From Planctomycetota bacterium (GTDB lineage Bacteria; Planctomycetota; UBA1135; UBA2386), in NCBI GenBank assembly GCA_947455805.1, contig CANGSN010000001.1:1-47862 (forward strand): a stretch of 47,862 nt of DNA, read 5' to 3'. The notes under the pieces were generated by a model. That model saw nothing but the letters and a program-made list of their open reading frames with translations, had not been told where the DNA came from and did no database searches. Position 1 is the stretch's first letter; each line of letters opens with the position of its first letter. The translations under genes and the position numbers were made by a program. Below are positions 42,875 through 47,862 of this stretch, piece after piece.

Positions 42875-45079
42875 TCAGCGGAAGCGCCCTGGCGTCAGCA
42901 GCACGCAGCCGACGAGGTTGGCGCCGATCAGCGTGCCGAGGGCGAGCCGCGGCGACCCGGTCTTGAACCAGAACAGCACCGACCACGCCGTCACCATCGC
43001 CGCGACCGCGAGCAGCGTCAGCGGCACCGGATTGCTGCGGGTGACCAGGAAACGCGCCGGCTCCGCGTTCGCCTTCGGCGCCTGCGCGTGCTGCGCCATC
43101 GACTCCGCGGCGACGGCCGAGCGTTCGATGCGCTGGCCGATGCCGTCGAGCTTCTCCGCGAGCCCGGTCAGCGCCGTCGCCGCCGCAGCCGAGCTTGCCG
43201 CCGACTTCTGCAGTCCACCTTCGATCGCTCCGACCAGCGGCGTCAGGTCGACCGGCGCTGTGGCCGGAACCTGGATGGTCGGCGGTGGGGGCGAGGCCTG
43301 CGGTCTGCCGGCCATCTCGACCAGCGCGGCCTTCAGCTCGCCGAGGAACGACTCGACGCGCTGCATCGAGGCTGCGAGCACCGGCGTGGCGTCGTCGGCA
43401 CCGGTGGGCGGCGTCGCGGCGGTCGGCGTCGTGGCCGTCGCGTGGGCCGCTGCTTCGTCGATCACGGCCAGGGCGGCGTCGATCTTCGCTGGCGCTGCCT
43501 CGATGGCTGGCTCCTCCTCCTTCGGGTCGGCAACCGCGGCTGCGATCGCTTCGTCGGCGTGCGTCGCGGCCGGCGGAACCACAGCGGCCCCGGAGCCAGC
43601 GTCCTCGGTCCCTGCCAGTGCGGGCGAAGTCGATGTCGCCGCGTCGACACTGGCAGGAGCTGCCGCTGGAGCCGTGTGATCGGCTGCCGCGGCTTTCGGC
43701 GTCTTCGCCGGACCGGCGTCCAGATCGAGAACGGACAAGGCGGCGGCGATCTCCTTGGCGTCGAAGGTCGGCGGCTGGTCCTCGTCGTGCAGCAGTGGCT
43801 CCAGCGCCTCTTCGGCACTGGCGATCGCTTCGCTGGCGGCTTGCTCTGCTGCGGGGTGGTCTTCGTGCTCGGTCGCCATCGGTTCCGCGGACATCGTCGG
43901 TTCCTCTCGGTTCGGCGCCGCGGCCAGTGCCGTGGCAGCCTCGGGTGCTTCTTCGATCACGTCGTCGACGACGTGGGGCTCGTCCGGAGCTGCATCGCCT
44001 GCCGCGACTGCCGGCTGCGGCATCGGGGGAACGTCGATCGACTCGATCGGCGCTTCCTCCGTGGCGGGAGCCTCGCGGGCGCCATCTTGGGGCAGGCTCG
44101 CTGCGCCTTCGTTGTCGTCCGTTGCGAGCGCGTCGGCAGGCGAGTCTTCGATCCTCGGTGCTTCGGCGATTGGTTCGCCAGTGGGACGCTCTTCTGCGTC
44201 GCTGCCGTGGTTCGTCGGCGAGAACGCCAGTTCCGGCGCAGGCGCTGGCTCCGGCGGCGTCTCACGGTCGGCACTTCGCGCCGCGACTTCTTGGTCCGCA
44301 GCAGCCGGTGCACCAACGGCCTCGACCACGTCGAACGCAGCCGCCTCTTCGCGCGGAGCTTCGATGGCAGTCGGCGGGGCGGGCGACGTCGCCACCGCGG
44401 TCGGCGCGGGCTCGTCGTCCCATTCGCCCAACGCGCTGGCCAGGTCGTCGACATCGAAGCACGCTTCCTCTTCGCCGCCCTCGTCCTGTTGTTCGTCGTA
44501 GGTGGCGTCGACGCTCGCTTCGTCGACGCGGCGCTCGTCCGCGTGTGCTGCGCCGCTCGAATCGACGGCCGGTTCGTCGTGCTGGGCCAGGTTCTCGCCG
44601 GCCGCCACGCCGATCGTCGCTTCGAGCCGCGCTTCCTCCTCGGCGATGCGCAGCACGTGCTCGACGTCGGCTTCGAGTTCGGCCGCGGCTTCGTGCAGCA
44701 CCTGTGCCAGGTCGGTCGCCGCCAGGTGCTGTGCCAGAGCATCCGTCGGCGTCATGGAGTCGATCTCGCCAGAGCTCGACCGCTCGTTCCCCGTCGTCTG
44801 CCGCTGCAGCAGTGCGCGCAGCAGGAACGAGCGCACACGCAACGGCGACAGCACCACCGCCGCCTTGCCGATCGACGCGAGCCGCGCCGTGAGGTCCGCG
44901 CGCAGCTCGGGTGCTGCGGTGAACACCGGGTCGTCACCGCCGTCACCCGCCAGCGTGCCCAGCTGCTCGATCGCGCCGCGCGCGAGCCACGCGAGGATGT
45001 CGCCGGCCGGCACGCCCAGGCGGGCGAGATCCGAGCGCGTCAGCAGGTGTTGCTGCAGTGGTGGGTGGGATCGACTCAT
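42875..45079 (-). CDS. Acidic Ala/Glu/Asp/Pro-rich low-complexity protein with a C-terminal double TM anchor
   Basis: 734 aa with GC3-rich codon usage. The competing plus-strand ORFs are Arg-rich shadows. Ordered N-terminal part of about 100 aa (LLTRSDLARLGVPAGDILAWLARGAIEQ). C-terminus is VPLTLLAVAAMVTAWSVLFWF...LALGTLIGANLVGCVLL. Confidence 0.65.
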   Translation of the reverse strand: MSRSHPPLQQHLLTRSDLARLGVPAGDILAWLARGAIEQLGTLAGDGGDDPVFTAAPELRADLTARLASIGKAAVVLSPLRVRSFLLRALLQRQTTGNERSSSGEIDSMTPTDALAQHLAATDLAQVLHEAAAELEADVEHVLRIAEEEARLEATIGVAAGENLAQHDEPAVDSSGAAHADERRVDEASVDATYDEQQDEGGEEEACFDVDDLASALGEWDDEPAPTAVATSPAPPTAIEAPREEAAAFDVVEAVGAPAAADQEVAARSADRETPPEPAPAPELAFSPTNHGSDAEERPTGEPIAEAPRIEDSPADALATDDNEGAASLPQDGAREAPATEEAPIESIDVPPMPQPAVAAGDAAPDEPHVVDDVIEEAPEAATALAAAPNREEPTMSAEPMATEHEDHPAAEQAASEAIASAEEALEPLLHDEDQPPTFDAKEIAAALSVLDLDAGPAKTPKAAAADHTAPAAAPASVDAATSTSPALAGTEDAGSGAAVVPPAATHADEAIAAAVADPKEEEPAIEAAPAKIDAALAVIDEAAAHATATTPTAATPPTGADDATPVLAASMQRVESFLGELKAALVEMAGRPQASPPPPTIQVPATAPVDLTPLVGAIEGGLQKSAASSAAAATALTGLAEKLDGIGQRIERSAVAAESMAQHAQAPKANAEPARFLVTRSNPVPLTLLAVAAMVTAWSVLFWFKTGSPRLALGTLIGANLVGCVLLTPGRFR

Positions 45080-45207
45080 GGAACGACGGCGACCCGACCC
45101 TCTGCCCGCGGGGTTTTCGGTCGGCGCCGTCGTGGCGGTGAAGGTCGTCCGGCCGATCTGCGAGCGGCCGGTGCCAACGCGCCGTCGTCACCCGTTCGCG
45201 CGCGGAC

Positions 45208-45555
45208 TCACGGCAGCTTGGGGAAGCGCAGCTTCGAGCGCTTGCCGCGGACGAGCTTCACTTCACGCTGCGTGGTCCCCGAGCGCAGCACGTGGAACGT
45301 CTGCGCGTCGATCATCGAGTAGTCGCCGTTGTCGTAGAGCAGCTCGAGCCGGATGTGCTCGTTGTGGTCTTCGAGGTAGCGGATCTCGACCACGTTCTTG
45401 GACGGCACCGTCGTCACGTTCCCCTGCAGCGTCACGTATTGGAAATCGGAGATCGTCATGATCGTCGCGACTTCGGCATCGCCGGCGGGGTCCTGCGGCA
45501 CCATGGCGAGGGCGAACACCAGCGGAACGGGCAACAGCAGCTTCCAGGCTTTCAT
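45208..45555 (-). CDS. Small secreted protein, unknown function
   Basis: 115-aa part of track ORF 45208-45681, starting at ATG 45555 (MKAWKLLLPVPLVFALAMV, a signal peptide). The remainder has balanced composition. Confidence 0.55.
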   Translation of the reverse strand: MKAWKLLLPVPLVFALAMVPQDPAGDAEVATIMTISDFQYVTLQGNVTTVPSKNVVEIRYLEDHNEHIRLELLYDNGDYSMIDAQTFHVLRSGTTQREVKLVRGKRSKLRFPKLP

Positions 45556-45626
45556 CGGTTGGACTCCGAGGTCGGGAACGGGGCTCTTCTCCGGCCGCCG
45601 CGGCGGCCTATGACGGGAGCCTACCC

Positions 45627-46736
45627 GTGTTTCTGCCCGCGATTTCACGCCTGTTTGCCGCGCTGTTGCTCCTTCTTGCACCGGCGTGCCACCGCGAGAT
45701 CGACCGCCCGACCGCGACGGATGCAGAGCTGTCGTCCTTCGTGGACGTGGTCGCGGGCACGGGCAAGGTCGACGACGGCGACCTGCAACGGGTGCGCGAA
45801 GCGGTGGCCAGCGGCCTGCCGCGCCTGCAGCGGGCCTTCCAGAGGCCGTTGCAGCGGCGCTTCCACGTGTTCGTGCACGCCGATCGCGAGCACCTGCCGG
45901 ACGCCATGGTCACCTCCCTGCACGAGGACGCCGCCGGCTTCGCGCTGCTCGGCATGCACCAGATCCACATCGTGCGCGACGAGGTGGCCGGCAGCGGCAA
46001 CACGCTTGCCGGTGTCGTCGCCCACGAACTGGTGCACGAACTGCTCGACCAGTACGCCGGCGAGTTCGGCCGTCTGATCCCACGCTGGTTCCACGAAGGG
46101 CTGGCCCAGGTGCTGGCCGGCGACACCTACCTGCACGTGCGCGAGGAAGAGCTCGTCTTCCGGCTGCTGAACCGCACGCTGCTGTCGTTCGAGCAGCTTC
46201 GCCACAAGTTCCCGACCACTCAGCCAGCGCTGCGCACCGCCTATGCGCAGAGCTACTCGTACGTCGCCTGGCTCCACGAACGCTACGGCCTGCCCGCGCT
46301 GCTGCGGGTCGTCGCCGCGGTCGATCGCGACATCGGCTTCGAAGGCGCGCTCGTCGGCATGACGCAGCGTACGACGCTCGACCTGGCCGAGGCGTGGCGC
46401 GACAAGGTGTTGCACTCCGGGGCGCCGTGGCGCGTGCTGTTCCACAGTTGCTTCGACCTGGTGCTGGTCGCGATCCTGCCGTTGCTGGTGCTGGCGCTGC
46501 GGCGCCGCCTGCAGTCGGAGTCGCGCGCTGCGCGTCGGATGGCGGAGAGCGAAGAACGTGAGCGCCAGGCCGAGGAACTGCGCCGGGCCCGGCTCGCGGC
46601 AGAAGCGCAGGCCATGGCCACCGCCGGGTTCGCACTGCCCCCCGTCGATGAAGCGACGGCGCCTCCGGCGTCGCCTTCCGACCTGCCGCCACCCGGTCGC
46701 GAAAGCCCCTCGTCGCCGCCCCCGTCGGCGCGTTAG
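45627..46736 (+). CDS. HExxH metallopeptidase-like protein (peptidase MA-like) with a TM helix and a charged C-terminal tail
   Basis: 369 aa with a GTG start and a signal-like N-terminus. VVAHELVHELLD followed by WFHEGLAQVLAG gives HExxH plus a downstream E. TM helix FDLVLVAILPLLVLAL, then an Arg/Glu-rich coil and a Pro/Ser-rich end. Confidence 0.68.
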   Translation: MFLPAISRLFAALLLLLAPACHREIDRPTATDAELSSFVDVVAGTGKVDDGDLQRVREAVASGLPRLQRAFQRPLQRRFHVFVHADREHLPDAMVTSLHEDAAGFALLGMHQIHIVRDEVAGSGNTLAGVVAHELVHELLDQYAGEFGRLIPRWFHEGLAQVLAGDTYLHVREEELVFRLLNRTLLSFEQLRHKFPTTQPALRTAYAQSYSYVAWLHERYGLPALLRVVAAVDRDIGFEGALVGMTQRTTLDLAEAWRDKVLHSGAPWRVLFHSCFDLVLVAILPLLVLALRRRLQSESRAARRMAESEERERQAEELRRARLAAEAQAMATAGFALPPVDEATAPPASPSDLPPPGRESPSSPPPSAR

Positions 46737-46745
46737 AACGAAGCC

Positions 46746-47048
46746 GTGAACGCTTCTTCGACCACGGTGCGCACGGCGTTGGCCGTCGCCCTCTCGTTCG
46801 CCGCCAGTGGGTGCGTGTCGCACCAGCACGTCGTCGGCCTCGGCCCGACCGGCACCGGCAGCACCTCGGAGCGGCAGTACTACGTGCTGTTCGGGCTGCT
46901 GCAGGTCAACGAGGTCGACACCCAGCGGTTCGCTCCGGAGCTGACCAGCTACGCGATCGACACGCGCTTCTCGCTCACCGACCTGCTGCTGACCACCTTG
47001 CTGTTGCCGCTCACGGTGACCACCCGCACGGTCACGGTGCGCACGTGA
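46746..47048 (+). CDS. Small lipoprotein, Bor-like
   Basis: 100 aa with lipobox SFAASGC. YYVLFGLLQVNEVD and the C-terminal TVTTRTVTV pattern resemble the Bor family layout as I recall it. Confidence 0.5.
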   Translation: MNASSTTVRTALAVALSFAASGCVSHQHVVGLGPTGTGSTSERQYYVLFGLLQVNEVDTQRFAPELTSYAIDTRFSLTDLLLTTLLLPLTVTTRTVTVRT

Positions 47049-47862
47049 GCAAGGGCCACACGGACGAGCTGCAGCTGCAGTTCCTCGGCGCCGCGCGCCA
47101 CGTCACCGGCACCAAGCACCTGCTGCGCATCGCCGGCTCGCGCGTGCTGCTCGACTGCGGCCTGGTGCAGGGCCCGCGCCGCATCGCCGAGGAACAGAAC
47201 CGCCGCCTGCCGATCGCCGGCCGCGAGGTCGACGCGCTGGTGCTGTCGCACGCGCACATCGACCATTGCGGAGCGTTGCCGCGGCTGGTCAAGGACGGCT
47301 TCGCCGGGCCGATCTGGTGCACCGACGCGACCGCCGACATGTTGCGGATGATGTTGCTCGACTCCGCGCACATCCAGGCGCAGGACGCGAAGCATCTGAG
47401 GAAGCGCGGCCACCACGCCGAGCCGCTCTACGAGGTCGAGGACGTCGAACGCACGCTGCGCCTGGTCAAGCCGGTGCCGTACGACCAGCAGTTCCAGGTG
47501 ATGCCGCAGCTGCGCGTCGAGTTCCTCGAGGCCGGCCACATCCTCGGCGCGGCGATGGTGGTGATGGACACCGAGGTCGGTCGCCGCAAGCGGCGCATCG
47601 TGTTCACCGGCGACCACGGCCGGAAGAACCTGCCGATCCTGCGCGATCCGGCGCGCATCCCCGAGTGCGACGTGCTGATCACCGAGTCGACCTACGGCGA
47701 TCGTCTGCACGAGCAGAAGGTCGACATGATGGCCGAGCTCGCGCGCATCGTCGCCGAGGAGCAGCACGACGGCGGCCGCGTCGTGGTGCCGGCGTTCGCC
47801 GTCGGCCGCACGCAGTCGGTGGTGCTGTTCCTCGGCCAGCTGATGCGCGACGGGGCGCTGCC
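47045..47862 (+). CDS. MBL-fold beta-CASP ribonuclease (CPSF/RNase J-like), 5' part only (runs off the right edge)
   Basis: My own translation from GTG 47045 (GTGA overlap with the previous stop) gives VSKGHTDELQLQFLGAARHVTGTKHLLRIAG...LVLSHAHIDHCGALPRL...LITESTYGDR...VVVPAFAVGRTQ. This shows the HxHxDH and ESTYG motifs. Not in the ORF track because no stop lies within the window. Confidence 0.88.
   Translation, partial: MSKGHTDELQLQFLGAARHVTGTKHLLRIAGSRVLLDCGLVQGPRRIAEEQNRRLPIAGREVDALVLSHAHIDHCGALPRLVKDGFAGPIWCTDATADMLRMMLLDSAHIQAQDAKHLRKRGHHAEPLYEVEDVERTLRLVKPVPYDQQFQVMPQLRVEFLEAGHILGAAMVVMDTEVGRRKRRIVFTGDHGRKNLPILRDPARIPECDVLITESTYGDRLHEQKVDMMAELARIVAEEQHDGGRVVVPAFAVGRTQSVVLFLGQLMRDGAL

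Noticed and set aside
43088-45322. 744-aa and 565-aa plus-strand ORFs (43088-45322 and 43195-44892) over the acidic-protein gene
   Set aside because: They are about 25-30% Arg with Gly/Pro. This is the expected antisense image of a Glu/Asp/Ala-rich gene. I kept the minus-strand frame.

Overview
High-GC bacterial chromosomal segment with strong GC3 bias. My hand counts on single 60-nt lines give about 67-78% GC over most of the window. I can support about 43 CDS. I saw no rRNA, tRNA, CRISPR array, transposase or integrase. Most of the long Arg/Ala/Pro/Gly-rich ORFs in the six-frame track are shadow frames of real genes.

Layout:
- 1-5722: bacillithiol genes (bshC plus a truncated bshB-like deacetylase), pyrF, and the split transhydrogenase pntAA-pntAB-pntB.
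- 6011-7447: a secreted protein of unknown function, followed by a hairpin-rich convergent gap.
- 7602-24514, all on the minus strand with gaps of 78 nt or less: Alternative Complex III (actABCDEF), a 101-aa His-rich membrane protein, an SCO copper chaperone and a caa3-type oxidase (ctaCDEF). An SNF2 helicase and a SWIM zinc-finger gene follow directly.
- 24935-30426: two divergently transcribed glycan-modification modules, MBOAT plus SGNH, and carbamoyltransferase plus SxtJ-like plus DUF5989-like.
- 30590-35330: a sigma-70 factor, hemW, a secreted protein and an orphan HNH endonuclease.
- About 35.4-39.1 kb: a block of visibly lower GC (about 53-63%) with a lipoprotein, a cyclophilin-like protein and parA-parB. 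A canonical parS lies inside parB.
- 39130-47862: a metallophosphoesterase, an 802-aa PIG-L fusion, a 734-aa acidic low-complexity membrane-anchored protein, small secreted proteins and lipoproteins, an HExxH peptidase-like protein and a truncated beta-CASP RNase.

I cannot demonstrate a clearly new system from sequence alone. The most unusual observations are:
- The SNF2/SWIM pair sits at the end of the respiratory gene run, and its protein-like N-terminal coding region has no canonical start codon.
- The carbamoyltransferase triad sits opposite the MBOAT/SGNH pair.
- His-rich tails recur across the respiratory cluster.
- The parAB block is compositionally distinct.
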